45,689 nucleotides of DNA from Asterionella formosa (Eukaryota): positions 1 through 45,689 of the forward strand of contig NKIB01014224.1 of NCBI GenBank assembly GCA_002256025.1, in the 5' to 3' direction. The position numbers and the translations under genes are program-made. The notes beneath the pieces were generated by a model that ran no database searches, was not told the origin of the DNA, and was given only the letters and a program-made list of their open reading frames with translations. Each line of letters opens with the position of its first letter. Positions within the stretch are counted from its first letter, which is position 1. Positions 1-13,148 of this stretch are shown in pieces.

Positions 1-45
1 AAAACTTCACATGAAACAGTTAAAACTTCACATGAAACCGTTAAA
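1..45. repeat. 21-bp tandem repeat (aaaacttcacatgaaacMgtt x2), possibly truncated by the window edge
   Basis: Two near-identical adjacent copies at 1-21 and 22-42. Confidence 0.75.
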
Positions 46-559
46 AGTAATCTTTTTTACGTGAAGAGTGGCATTAATGCATGTGAAGTACCACATAATT
101 AACACTCATACGTAGACGAAATTTCGAAAAGTGGCATATTTCGCGGCTTAGATGATAGTCGATACATACTTCTATTATTATTGTACTATTATTGTCATTG
201 TTATTGTATATTTTTAATATTTTTATCGTTTTTGCTATGATTATTATTAATTACATTCTTATTCTTATGATAATAATAATAATTGCAACATGAGCGAGTT
301 CATGAGTTCTCCACCAACTTTATTGTCAACCTTCTTGAAGCAATTTCAACAGTGTGTCCAGCCATGGAAACAACAGTGGTTGTCATGGCAACTACTAGAT
401 ACTTGCAGCCTTGCCAGCTGCATTGCAAAATGGGCTGGTATCCCAGTTCAAATTCCAATCTCAATCTGAGAGAGTAAACAAGAAGTACTGATTCAGCAAT
501 CAGCAAGCAACACTGGCTAAGCGAATAAGAATAAAACAAGAACCTCAATTTTCAAGGCA

Positions 560-1460
560 AGACTAATGTTGGTGGAAGGAGTACCACCTCATGAACACTT
601 CGTAACACATGAAAATTTCTTGTTCCATTTAGCATATTCATAGTGGTTTATGGCATGACAATCCAAAAAGCAATAATCAGCTGGTATGATTTGTTAAAGA
701 ACTAGTCACCTTATCTGCAAGGATCTCGACTTGCTCCTAGAACTGGTGGGTGTACTCTATATGCTAACAATTGGCGCTTCCCCTTCACTGGACTTAAAAA
801 TTTGCAGAAAAGAATATTGAACATATGTATATTTATTCATATTGAGGAGGAAGAGGATCATGATGTGCACCTGAAACAAATTCTAGATGATTACACTTCC
901 CTTAGACTGCCAGGAGTGTGTATAGGCTCCCCTGTTGGCTGATTGTGTGCAGATTGGCTGGAATCAACTTCCCTCCTACTACCAAAAGAACATTAACAAG
1001 GGTTCCAAGAGGTATTCATCAGTTTTTTCGAGGCGATTTCAGATCACCATAGAATGAAATTGTCGATCAGCTACCTACACCCGGGAACAAGAAACGTCAA
1101 AAACATAGTCGAATTCCATGCTGCTGTTTCTAATCTAAATAATAGCTATTGATTTCTGGTGGGTCTGAGGTTTTATCTCTTCCATGTAAAGGTTGATTTT
1201 TATATGTGATGTAGGATACATACAATGGCCTGTCTTGATTGGTCCAATAAGATATGGAAATTTATCATGGTGGAAAAGAAAGGGCATGGGGTACGATGGT
1301 AGAGTCTGTTCGAAAAGAGGTTGAATGTTCTTTTGGTGTGTTGAAAGGTCAATAGTTACTTCTTAAGAACTGTAACAACCTGACTTAAACCGAGCACATC
1401 GAAAATGTGTTCACACATGCTGTATACTCCACAATATGCTATTAGAGGAGGATGGTTAGT
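560..1460 (+). mobile_element. Degenerate PIF/Harbinger-type transposase remnant
   Basis: Broken frames translate to DYTSLRLPG..CIGS..DCVQIGW (~890-965), LHPGTRNVKNIV (~1075-1110), ICDVGYIQWPVLI (~1200-1245), ESVRKEVECSFGVLKG (~1300-1350) and CCILHNMLLEEDG (~1420-1455). These match the order of Harbinger/Plant_tran DDE motifs (FPGCIGSxD, GxxND, xDxGY, RKDVExxFGxLK, CCILHNM). Stops and frameshifts throughout. Confidence 0.75.
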
Positions 1461-1691
1461 AGATACCTTTGTAATGTTTTTTCTGTTTAGATTTCATGAT
1501 AACAGACTGATTACCGATGGACACATCGACTCTATATACAGACGAAAATAAACAGGAAGCATATACACAAACAAGCAAAAAGAAAAAAAAAATATACATG
1601 TAGCTAATGCTAGCTACACAAGAAAGGCCAAAGCTTTGGTCAATGGGTACAATGCACAGGGTGTCAATCCAATCTGTTCTCAATCATTGCT

Positions 1692-1990
1692 TCATTGAAT
1701 TCCATAAGTTTTATCTTCTGGATGCACTTCCATATTTAACCAATCTGATGAGGCAATATCGGTCAAACACCTTTTAAAGTAGTATGAAAGGGTATCTGTT
1801 CTCCATGATGTCATAAATTGACTCACTCCAATCAACAATGCCTCCACAGAGCTTCCATCAATCATGACATCTTGGTTGAATGATTCAAACCTTCCACCAG
1901 TCAAAGCAACTCGAAACGTCTTAGTTTTAATGGTCAATATGTTGTCATCCTTAATCAAGGGGGCCGGATGACAGGAACCCTTGAAGACAT
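1692..1990 (-). mobile_element. Possible LTR-retrotransposon gag-like fragment
   Basis: Fragment DGSSVEALLIGVSQF...YYFKRCLTDIASSDW resembles gag-like ORFs of diatom retroelements as I remember them; it lies in TE debris. Weak. Confidence 0.25.
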
Positions 1991-2790
1991 TGCCATGTTT
2001 AGTTCTAGTAATTGGACTCTTTTTGAATTCAAAGTGAAGTATCTAACTAGAAGTAGTAGTATTTGTTGAGTACATGAGCTCGTTAGTTATTCCTTGCATG
2101 CATTTCATTCTCCTAGGTTGACATCAAAGTATTCATGAAAAATGTTACTGGTAATCGAGTTCTTTCGTGATAGAGTTCTGATTTAATCTATGTAACCCTA
2201 AACCAAACCCTATACATACATTTGTAGTTGCGCGGGATACCTTGTCATCTGGTGGTACCAGGTACCTTAAGTAGCAAACCGTCACTCCTGGCCTTGCCTC
2301 ACTGCCTGGCTGAAACATGCACGGGCGGTCGGTTATACATAGCAATATTGTTTGCCGGTAGCTCTCCGATTACGAGGTTACCAGGAAGGAGTAGTCTACC
2401 AGATGCCACTGCCTACTCCGATCACATCCTGCCGCAAGCGCGCAGCCGCACTACTAATTAGCCCCCCGCCAGCTAGAAAACGAGCAGGAGCGCGGAGGCC
2501 ATAATTTGACCGTTAAATACTCGTTATTAAAAGCGCCAGCTCATGCAATGAAGCAATCCCATCTTTCATGTATATATATTCAATAATAATTAATAATTAT
2601 TCGTCTTTGTCCATTTGAATCCTCATGCAGTGCAAACAAGCCCTCTTTATTATTCGTCAGCAGATTCACTCTCACTTTGTGTCACACAAAACAGAAATTC
2701 AATAAGCTGGGGTTGACTATAAATTATAGTGAAATACTATTTTTCAGCCTCCCTTATTATGCGGGTTTCATCGACCATCGACCATCGACC

Positions 2791-5700
2791 ATGAGTAACG
2801 GTGCCCTTGACCGACAGTTTCATGAATTAGACGATGCAGGGTCATTTTCTTCGGCAAGCCAAACCGATAGTCCACAGCTGCTACAGGAACAGAATGATTC
2901 CGGAATAACTTCTCCAAAATATGCTTCGTCCGCTTTGTCCGCCACTAGCGCCGCTTACCAATCTGAAATGAGTACAATTGATAACAAGTCGTCGCAACCG
3001 CCGTCTCCGGACCATTTTCCGCAAGAGAACGAGTTCAATACCTTTCAATGCTACGATTCTGATACAAGCGATGGAAGGTGAGCAGAGTTTGAACGCCTAA
3101 TCCAATTGTCCGGACAACCAGCGTTTCACGCTATACTTACCTTCCTCTGCATAATACACTTCTCAAAGCATCGTTGTTTCATTCAATCCAAACGCCCTGG
3201 TTGGAGCGCCCCTTAGCAACGAACAGGATTCTCCGCAGCGATTGAAAGCCCACGAACGGTTTCCATCCTTTGATTCGTTACAATCCACAGGTAGCTTTCA
3301 GATTATCCCCAATCAAAACAAGCCACGCCTCCCAAACAATAACTTGCTTCCTTACGATCAACGACGGCTGAAAAGAGACCACCCCAATTCTATGGATCAT
3401 CAAAATCAAATGCCTGTACACCCTCTACAAATCAATCCAGGTCCGCCTCAAATACAGACACAGCAACACAATATGCACTTCCCGCAGCCCCTCTACGTCA
3501 CTCAACCTCCCGCTGTCCCTAGTCGACAAACGCCGCCAAGGGGGTTTCAAGTAAATACAATTTCATCAGTGGCTGCTGCTCCACGTCCAGGTCAGCTCCC
3601 CCCACTATCAAGGCCGCGACTGTCATCAGCTGATTCAGGAACAGGGCCTCCTCGACCTCAACGAGTTCAAAGGCAACGAACTCCTCCTACAGAACACCCC
3701 CCTCCACCACCTCCACCACAAACGAACCAGCAATACCATGTTCGAACGGACAGTAGTGGCAGTGTCAGTAGTCTGGGTTCTACGGGAAGCAAGGGCCCGG
3801 GGTTCTTTTTTACAGATAGATTCAGTGGAGCGATTCAAGGGGTGTTGCAATCACCGAGCTTTGACGGGAGCGAATTGGACGATCCGAGGAGACATAGCTC
3901 AATCGTTTTAAGTTCATCTGATAGGCAGCCGTCAACTGAATTCATAGACCAGCATACACATAGTGACCCCGGTGGTACCGTTTTCGGGATATTCCATTGG
4001 CCAGCTGACTCTCAGACCCGACCAGTAACAGTGGAAGAGTTTCATCGACGCAATCAATTCTTTTTACAAAGTCCTGAAGGTGATCGAGATCGTTCCATGT
4101 ATCAGTCGCAACAGGCATCACATCAACAGATGCGACGGCCTGTTCCATCAGACACACCACGAAATACTCGTGGTCAACACCAGCCCGGGATCCATAGTGT
4201 CGACAATGACATCTGGGACGAGCAAGGGGCCGCCCATGTTGGAGTGCAAGAAAAGCAACCACAGGGTCTCGTCTTCAGACAAAATCCTCACCAACTTTTC
4301 CTTCACGATGCTGGAAGTGGTGAAGCATCATCAAACAGCCTTTTATCATCCAGTGAATCTGAGTTATCGTTCCAAGACGAGCACACCTCCTTGCTGCCAC
4401 CATCAGGAATAAGTTCTCACGAACATCGAAGTCATCGGTACACTGAAGAACCAGAACCGCGTCGGGGTTTACGACGATCTGGAGACCCGCTTCTGGAACA
4501 CAGAGAAGACACAACAACGAGGCGGGACAACCGAATACATGATCAGGTCATGGTGACTCGAAGCGCTGCTACCAAATCGAAAAAGAAATCCAGAAAGCAT
4601 CGTCGCAGAGCACGTCGGAATTCATGGGAAGGGGCCTCTGACGAAAATTCATCGTCAGATTCTTCACCTGTGGACTATCGTGACTGGAGCAAAAAAGGCG
4701 CAAGGATGTTGGCAAGGGAACGGACAAAGCTTATTGACCAGTGGAAAGCAGAAGCACGCGCAGAAACCGAGAGAGTAAGAAAGGAAGTAGAAATGAATCG
4801 ATGGTACAGGCGACTATCGCGATCGTTGGAAGCGCACATGAAAATCCTTTTAATGCATGTTATGAATTTCTTGGGGTTCGTCGTGATCTTCATTTCCAAC
4901 TTGCCGATAACAATTGGAGCTGTTGCGCTAGCAATTGTGACGCTTGGAGTGGTCTGGTTCAAGTTTGCAGAAGAAAACATGGATTCCTGTCAGCCAGTCC
5001 ACTTCCATTCCTCTCAGTGCACCTTTCCCGAATTCCCCGGTACGAATTAACGTTGTTTGCTCTTCTTGAGTGAGAATCTTCAAGAACTCATGACTGCTTT
5101 CACAGGTTGTTTCTTTTGTGACACGAGTGCGCACATGTACAAGGTGGCGGTCCTATTTCACTTTATGTGCTCGGCTATTGCTGGTGTAATGGCAATGACT
5201 TTTGTTCTCAAATGTGTTTTGGCCACTAGAGTTGTTCTGGATGAAATGAGTTCACCAACAACATCCAGCCCCGCTGGTTTGATTTGTATGACCATAGTTT
5301 GCGTTTTTGCTGGTCAAGGGTGGATCGGGCAAGTTCTCGTTTCATCCGCCGCCGCAGTGCACCTTTGTTTGGCCATTTGGTTTATTTATGTGGCATTGGC
5401 TTATCACATAATGCCCGACCCAAGCTGGTTTCCCAACACAGTCGGGATTGGCTTAAGTGCGGTAAAGATATGGCTGTACTATCCCATGACCGGGCATTTG
5501 TTGATGGCGATTTCATTGTCGTTGAATTTCTTCTTCTTCCCAATTAGTTTAATTCGTGTTACTTTGAACCGGAAGATATCTGCACCCGTTTGCTGGATTC
5601 AAATGTCAGCTCCAGCAGTTTCTTTGTGTACGTTTGTGTGTGATTTCAAGCAATGCAATTCGGTATCATCGGCCTCCCTAACTTTTTGATTTCCTCGTTA

Positions 5701-6708
5701 CAGACGCACTCACAATCATGGCCCAACCTTCGTTTGAAGAGGAGCATCCTGACATAAATAAATTTCAGCGAGTTCATAGGTTAGTGTACCTACCGTGTAT
5801 GCACTTTCTTTTTGGTTTGGCATGCATTGGTGTTTTCTCCAGCTTCCAAAGCTTAGCCGTTCGCTGGAATGATTTCAAGAAACGGGAATTTTCACCAGGT
5901 AAATTGCTCTTTGAGAGAACTTGGTGATTGCTCTATACATCATTATTATCTAACCATACATATGCATCCGCACGTTTATGTGCCTTATCGGTGGTGTTTC
6001 TTTGTAGCCCACGCTGCTTTTTGTTTCCCGACGCTAGCACACACAAATGCCATTCAAGCGTATCGAGCTGCAGTCAACACCTTCAGTGATCTACCACCTG
6101 GTTCTCCTTTCAAAGTTGGTTTGTACACTTATTGGGTCATTATGTTATGCTTCGGCACGATTGCGACTCTAGTTGTTACCGCGAAGTTCATCTATATGCT
6201 ACCGTCATGGACACTTATTGACACAACAAACGAAGAAGAACCTCCTGCACCCTACGAAACCTCGTTGAATCTTCAGCGTATTATAACAACTGGAGAAACA
6301 TTACGACAACCTTTCGTTAGTCCTGCAATTTTGCAGGCAAATGAAACTGGTGCATTGATTGTGCGTTCCCGCGACTATTGTCCTGGCCGATTTGTACGAA
6401 CTCGACGATTGACTGCTCTTGGTTTTGATCCGATCATGAATTGGAGCGAAATGAACCGTGAACGGGACGTGTTGCTCGACTGGGTGGGGAAGAATCCTCC
6501 TCGTCGTCGAGCGCAAACTCTCAGTGTGCCCGGCATCGATTTCAACTATGGCTACGGAGATTTCGGCAATGGCCACTCATGTGTGTACGAAGATGTAATG
6601 GAACGTGGCCACCCTAGATTGATACCGTTTGAAGCTCAACGTTCGAGAGCCGCGACAACCAGTGGCCAGTTCCAAGCAATAGGGGAGTTGATATCCCCAC
6701 CTGGATAG
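2791..6708 (+). CDS. SLAC1/TDT (tellurite-resistance/dicarboxylate transporter) family membrane protein with a very long disordered N-terminus; exons 2791-3077, 3169-5039, 5106-5627, 5704-5898, 6008-6708
   Basis: Four GT-AG introns (91, 66, 76, 109 nt) join the ORFs in frame. Multi-TM C-terminal half with TDT-like motifs PDPSWFPNTVGIG, WIQMSAPAVSLY and FSPAHAAFCFP. Pro/Gln/Ser-rich N-terminus of ~650 aa. Confidence 0.8.
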
Positions 6709-6966
6709 GCAACTGAGACATAAACATGCACACTCCCGAACGCTAATATATTTAAAGCACCACATGGGTAACCAACAGAGACATCTATTTTTCACAAATG
6801 AAGAAGATACAATAAGAGCGCTGTAACTTCACACTTTGACCAAAAGCGTGCCTCCAGGCCAAAAGAAATTAGTCTATATGCCACTCAGCTAGATAGTGCC
6901 TAGATAATGTAACAACTGCACACGCAGAGAGAAAGTTAAGAAAACCCATTGATCAGTTGTACAAAC

Positions 6967-8592
6967 TCATGCGCGCGATGGTCGATTTGAGAACGAGAGA
7001 AGTGCGTTGCAACCAGCCATAACGTCTTCATCCTTCGTCATCGCTTTCGTCCCAAAATGCCAAGTAGCCGTCGCAGCTCGGTAGCATAATTCATGACGGG
7101 TTGCCGGGACAGTGAGATCAAGAATAACCCTGAGATTACGCTCATCTTCTTCGTCACTAGTAACAGGCGACGCACTGAGGGGAGAAATGATAGACGGAGT
7201 CAACTCAGAGTCTAGAGGCTTCCGAGACTTCTTGCTGGATGTCGCTGGTCTTTGGCCGGAACTCCACCGCCTCCTTTTGGGCGGCGGCAAGTGGACAACC
7301 GGGACAAGACAACCAACCTTAGCGATGCATTGATCACGTTGATCACTTCTTACAGTAGTTTCACTGGGTTCTACAATAGCAAAGTCCTCATCGATGGACA
7401 CAGCGGGGGCAGCGGCAGTAGATCGACGCTTGAGGTACAGAATATCATTTAATTCGACAACGCCCTCATTGCAGTAGGTCGCTCCGCGCTGACGGCCTTT
7501 TCCAAGACGTGTAAAGGAAAAGTAATTCAATTGTCGACGCAAGGAGGCAAACGAAGCGTGATTGAAGTACTTGGGAAGAATCTCGGATTCGACTCTGGCA
7601 CGATCGTGAACAATGATTTTACCAAGTACTTTTTGGTCGTTATTGCAGCCTAGAGGACAGAAACATAGTTAGCGACAGCAGTTACTAAGGCCTAGACCAA
7701 ATCGTCATCTCGATGCTCCTTTGGTGCGTAATACTTACTTCCAGGATTGAACGAGATTACATCATCATTTTCTATGAGCATGTCCGCTAGGCGCCTGCAA
7801 GACAGATAGGACAAATGTGAGTGCACGAAATAGATATAATTTGTGTATCACCCCTTCCGACAAACGAAAATAAGAAATGCTGTCGCGATCAAAGATACTA
7901 GCAGACGATGATTACTCGAAGGAACTAGGAACCAAAAGCATAATACTTCCTTCGCCTCGTCATTAATACCATCAACTCCTGAGTCCAGAATTATTGTATT
8001 TCATACAAATATGTATTAAGTCGCAGAATCGTAGAGTCACTCAGTTCAAATGCCAGGAATTTAGAGTGTGACCATCCCACCACGTGCAAGGCCAAGTACC
8101 TGGTACGAGAGTGTACCATACAATGTTGTGCGAGTGGCGGGGTTTCATGCACATCAGAAATTTTTTAACTCCTCTAGAGTTCGAGTCGAAGTGATCAAAG
8201 TTCCAACTGGAGAGGTATGGGCCACAAAATAAGGGTTCTGAAGACATGCAGGACGGAAGAACGCAATTTGAAGAAAGCGAAGAAACCCTTTGTAAAATCG
8301 ACGAGGAACACCGATGAACAGATGTTCACGATAGTTTGCAATCATGTTGTCCCTTTCGTCTCGAAACAGTCATATCACTAAAATAGAATGCAATGGATAG
8401 TGGCTATCACAACTAGAAGCGATCATTGTCGGTTGCAATTGTGATTTGATCTTATCGGATGGATCTGCGAGAATTTTCTTACCTTAGGAAAGGTATTGTC
8501 TTCTCCTGTCCATCCCTTTCCACGAACCCCTCATCTTCGCAAACCTCATCTTGATATGGATTCTTACGTCTTGCAAATGGTCGGAGGCTCAT
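6967..8592 (-). CDS. Heat shock transcription factor (HSF-type DNA-binding domain), 282 aa; exons 8592-8483, 7794-7739, 7649-6967
   Basis: Spliced product MSLRPFARRKNPYQ...IPFLRRLADMLIENDDVISF...IIVHDRARVESEILPKYFNHASFASLRRQLNYFSF is the HSF DBD signature. Exons total 849 nt, in frame, with canonical GTAAG donors. Confidence 0.9.
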
Positions 8593-9837
8593 GGCGCCGA
8601 ATGCTTTCTTGTTCATTCAGGACGCAAGTGGAAGTGCTGGAATGAGAATTTTTTACTACAATTGCTGGTGATGGGTTGTGTCTTTCCAAGTTGCGTTTCT
8701 ACGGGTCTTCCTATATTGATTTGTTCGCGACAGATGCTTCGTAGAATTTCTTCCACGGTTGAAGGGCTATAGAAAATGAGAACTCTCCCTAATTGATTGG
8801 ACGAACCTGCCAACACACTGACGTGAGAGTTCACTAGGCAAGGTTGGGCTTTGATGTCATGCTGATGTCACGCACCTTTTTCTTTCGTGAATTTGGTCGA
8901 ATTACCTTTGTACCGTTTTATACATACACATTTGAAAATTTATCTGCGGTATGCCGATACCTGGTACCAGGTACCTGGTACCTTTCATCTGTGCGTAATC
9001 CTCTCCTTGTTCTTATGTACCGTATGTACCTGGTACCTACATGTTACATAAGACACCAGATCGATAAAACTACATTTTTCTATATACAGAATTATTATTG
9101 ACAAGGTTATGGATAAGACATAAAATACAAGAAATTTATATCCATCATGGCACACAATATAAGATGAGAACTCCAAACTTGGGATAATCCATTCTTTTCA
9201 CCTTTTTTTCCAATCACCACTTTTGACCTAGCTAAATTAATGAAAGATCAACATCCAATCGGCTGAGAACTAACAGTATGACTCCATCTGGTATATGCTC
9301 ATGATCCATTCTGGACCATTCTAGAGCTTAAGAAATAGAAAATGACTGATTTTTATAATAAAACGTGTTTTTTATATATACTGTCAGTGGGTCAATGCAG
9401 TTTTTTACTGATACAGTGCCAGGTACTGTAACCGGGACCAGGTACAAGTAAGAAACTTCCATGATCCATTGAGTTAGTGTGTTTGTTTGACTCCTCTGAC
9501 TAAAGCTAAATTCTATCGAATTTTGGACCCGTTTTTTTAATAGTTTCAGAGCAGCATCAATCAATCAAGCTGTTGTGTGAAAATTCTAATTGAATGATTT
9601 CATCAGAAGGTACAGTGATAATAAAACAGCTAAAAAGTGATTTTAATAGGTCACTGCAGTGTATACTTTTTCCTGGATAAATGTTTACAAATAAACATGC
9701 AACATGTTGTGCTTCAAATTAGCTGAGACAAAAAGGGCAATATTTTGGTGGTTATTTACAGCTAAATTAATTTTGTTTTGTCACTGCAATCAAGAGAAAG
9801 GAAATGAGGGGTCAATCGAAAACAATTTCTTTCATTG

Positions 9838-9920
9838 TCAGACAATCTTGGCCACATTTTAGACTTCAGCTAATACATATGCGGCAAGCTTAATTCTGAA
9901 ATGTGGCCAAGATTGGCTGA
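9838..9920. repeat. Inverted repeat/hairpin with a 17-bp perfect stem
   Basis: caatcttggccacattt (9843-9859) is the exact reverse complement of aaatgtggccaagattg (9899-9915); it extends by tcag/ctga after one mismatch. Confidence 0.85.
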
Positions 9921-10348
9921 AAGATGCAGCAGTTGAAAATCGTGAAGTAGCTATAAATTTTTTCGGAGTTTTAGCTCTGCATGTATCGTTGTAGAAACGT
10001 CATGTAGAAGTAGGTTCATCACGATGAAGGTAGACAAAACTACCGGGACACATATATAAAAAGGATTGTCGCAAAGATGAGCTTGAGTCAAGCGCTAACT
10101 GTGATGTTTTGCTCCGCTTTTCCATAGTGCTGTTGTCCTCGAAGGACACTAACGTTGTACCATGTACTACCATTTTACAGAAATAAATCGAAAAGTTATC
10201 TGAATTTGAAGAATGCAGCTAGTGGAAACGATAATCATCAGGTTGATGCAAGCACCCTCTTCATCCAACAACCAACAATGCCGCAATGGAAATGTAACCC
10301 ATTAAAGCATCACATGCTAGCAGAAGTGCCACAACAGCAACAAACGAC

Positions 10349-10635
10349 ATCTACAAAATCAAGAACAAGAGGACTGTTTTCTGCACACACAAGTGACAAC
10401 AAGCAACAAGCAACAACAACAAAGCATGCAATCACCGAAGTGACAATGAATGATACCGGAAGATCTCACTGCCAAGAATCAACACAAGGCAGAGCGAGCG
10501 CCGCAGCAGTAATGACATCAACGAAATCAAGAACAAGACTGTTTTCACAAACACAACCGCCCACAACCAGTAACAAGCAACAAGCAACAAGCAACAAGCA
10601 CAATGGCACCGGAAGATCTCACTACCAAGAACGAA
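10349..10635 (+). repeat. Diverged ~170-bp tandem duplication containing (caacaag)n microrepeats
   Basis: aaatcaagaacaaga..ctgttttc...acaagcaacaagcaaca...accggaagatctcact.ccaagaa occurs twice, starting ~10355 and ~10523. Confidence 0.75.
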
Positions 10636-11419
10636 GAACACCAGGCATAATGAAAATCACATCTACGATTTCATTAAGAAATACATTGTTAGCAAAACAC
10701 TACTCCTTTACATTGCAGCTTCAATTGATATTTCTTGATTGTTTGATTATTTTTGAATAGAGATAGTACAGGTTTACTAGCGAATATGCCTTAGTACTAT
10801 CACACCATGATACATGTAAAATACGCGACGAAGCTACTAAATTCTGGTTCCACTGTACTGTCCCTATTTTTGTATAGAAAAACCACCCGTTTACTGTAAC
10901 AGTCGAATATAGTATCCAATGAAAACAAATAGACAGGCATGTTGCCTTAAAGGTCGTTTTTTGATCCATAATGGTCTTGGAAGAGACCGCCATGGCCGTT
11001 TGAAAGTCACTAGCTTCGTCGTGTTCATTGATTTTTGGGGTATAAAATAATCAATTTTGACCGATGAGTAATATGGACTACTTGTCTTAAAAAGTACTAT
11101 AGGGTTTAATTTACAAGCCTCATAAAAAACTCGGGGACACTAGCGAAACAAGTTTTAGCTTTAACAATGAACCCAGAAAACTGGAAAAGTTTGACTATGG
11201 GCATTATTGCATGTATTTATATACATTTTTGAAGATAGATAAGTTCATGTGTTTATGCAATTTTATTACATTATACCTTTTTTTAACATATATTCATGAT
11301 GCGCCACACCTTCCACCATCATGATGCTAACCCAACTTTCAAGTCCAATGGTCAGATCATTGCAATTCCATTGGCCACAGCATAATCTGCATCTTTAACA
11401 GCATGCTGAGGATCAGGAA

Positions 11420-12160
11420 GCTGTGCTACAGTAGCTAAGAAGTGAATTTCCTGAAATATGCTCCCCACAATGGCAAGTGTCGGTGTACCTTTGAAGCAGC
11501 TGTTGCCTTGGGATTCAGTACTAGTGCATCACCCTCAAATTTATACCAAATAACAAGAGTTCTGATATCAGACATTGTATGATTTAATCGTCTTTTATTT
11601 GCTCTCACAGCATCAACCTTTTCCAGCATTGAAAATTTGCTCGTTTTTCCTTTTGGTCTTGTGAAACCTGTTGTATTTTCATGACTTGTTTTGCATAATT
11701 CCAGAGTTCTGGACCAAGTCGACAGTTACCAGCATCAAAGTGTTGGAGTCCAACAGTAATCCTTTGTGAGAATCTATTGCAGCCTGTGCTGTTTCCTTTC
11801 GTTTCCTCGCAAGATCATCAGCATCTATTTCATTTCTTGCATCCTCTCTCTAAAGAAAAACAACAATTTTTCTGTCAGTGACACAGAATATTTTTCGTTC
11901 AAATTCATCATTTCAGTAGTTTCATTCGAATTTAATTTGGTTCTGGCATGTGATGAATTGAGTTGAGTGCATGAGTGCTTGTGCTCTGTTTTTTTCGCAG
12001 TGAGCAGAAGGTTATAGTTGTGAGGCCCCCACACTTTTTCTGAGATTGCTTTTCTGATTGTTCTTTTATTTGCAAAGCTTTTCCCCAGGCAGTTGAAAAA
12101 AGGGCAACAATATCAGATTTGTCATAGGGATGACAGCAGGAATCCTAACTGCAGTAGTTT
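11420..12160 (-). mobile_element. Degenerate C-terminal part of a pogo/Tc1-like (DDE_1) transposase
   Basis: Frameshifted translation KSDIVALFSTAWGK/SFANKRTIRKAISEKVWGPHNYNLLL, then MSDIRTLVIWYKFEGD. Resembles the post-catalytic 'DIxxLVxxAWxxSF...AIxxRGWxPxN' segment of DDE_1 transposases. Confidence 0.55.
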
Positions 12161-13148
12161 TCATAGTTGCAGATAATAATTCATTACTAATAATAGCAAC
12201 GATATAATCATCTAATATCATGTCGTCATCCTCTTCCCTTGTCAAAGTAGATGTTCCATTTCTTTTTATGCTCCAACCCTAGGCATTGTTCCCTCCCAGA
12301 GTTTCATTATTTTGCCTGTATTGCTACATTGATTATCATTTCTATCATTTCAAATGGACTAAAAGAATCAATCCCTCTCTCTCTATATATAGAATGAGAT
12401 CCAGATTAGTACTGATTTGTTATTGATATAAGAGCAGCTAGGTTCAGGACCACCTCCCCAAGACACAGGGAGCCACTACTCAAGATAGTTCTGGTTAGCT
12501 CAAGTAGAAAATCCCTACTACTAAGGTACTCTGCCTGGCTACTAGGTTCTGGTAGTTTAATAGAAATAGTAGGAGTAGCTACCGTGTTCTAATTACTGCA
12601 TACATCATAACAGGGACTCTGACAGCGTTCATACAGTCACACTTTGCCATGGCTAGCTGTCAATGATATAGAAGTGGGTGTAGGGAAATTGATAAATTAA
12701 ATGAAAGAATTGGCCTTTGTGTGAGATTGGGGAATTCAAAGTATGCATTTAAGCAATCTGGCACTTGTTTTACATGCTGATAGGGTTAAGAGGTCGAGAG
12801 TGCCTTGGATGTTTGAGTGATGTTGTATGCTATCTTCAAGGCCTACCTATACTATAGCTATGAGCAGCACCTCACAAAGTCTGGTACTGGTATCTGGTAC
12901 AAGCTTGAAAACACATTGCCTATTGTATATTGCACTTTCCTTTCAGTCGTCAATATAGATGGATGAAACCATGTCCTGGTAGCTATCACGGTGTAACGTG
13001 CAATGCCACTACTGCAACATTTTTCTGCAGTGAATGTAATACAAGAAGCACTATTTTAAGGAACACTCCAACGATTCTTGAAAATTAGATAGTGGATTAG
13101 AGGTAGCTGCTGCGGACATCAGCTCCGGTCTCACGCATCATGATGTTC

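Noticed and set aside
3132..3143. U1 snRNA 5' end (atacttacct)
   Set aside because: The match ends after 10 nt, lies inside an intron, and no U1 stem-loops or Sm site follow.
10155..10760. 201-aa ORF as a real gene
   Set aside because: Non-ATG start; the open frame is explained by CAA-rich duplicated repeats; no recognisable domain.
12350..12900. Non-LTR retroelement fragment
   Set aside because: No convincing RT or endonuclease motif in any frame I could read.
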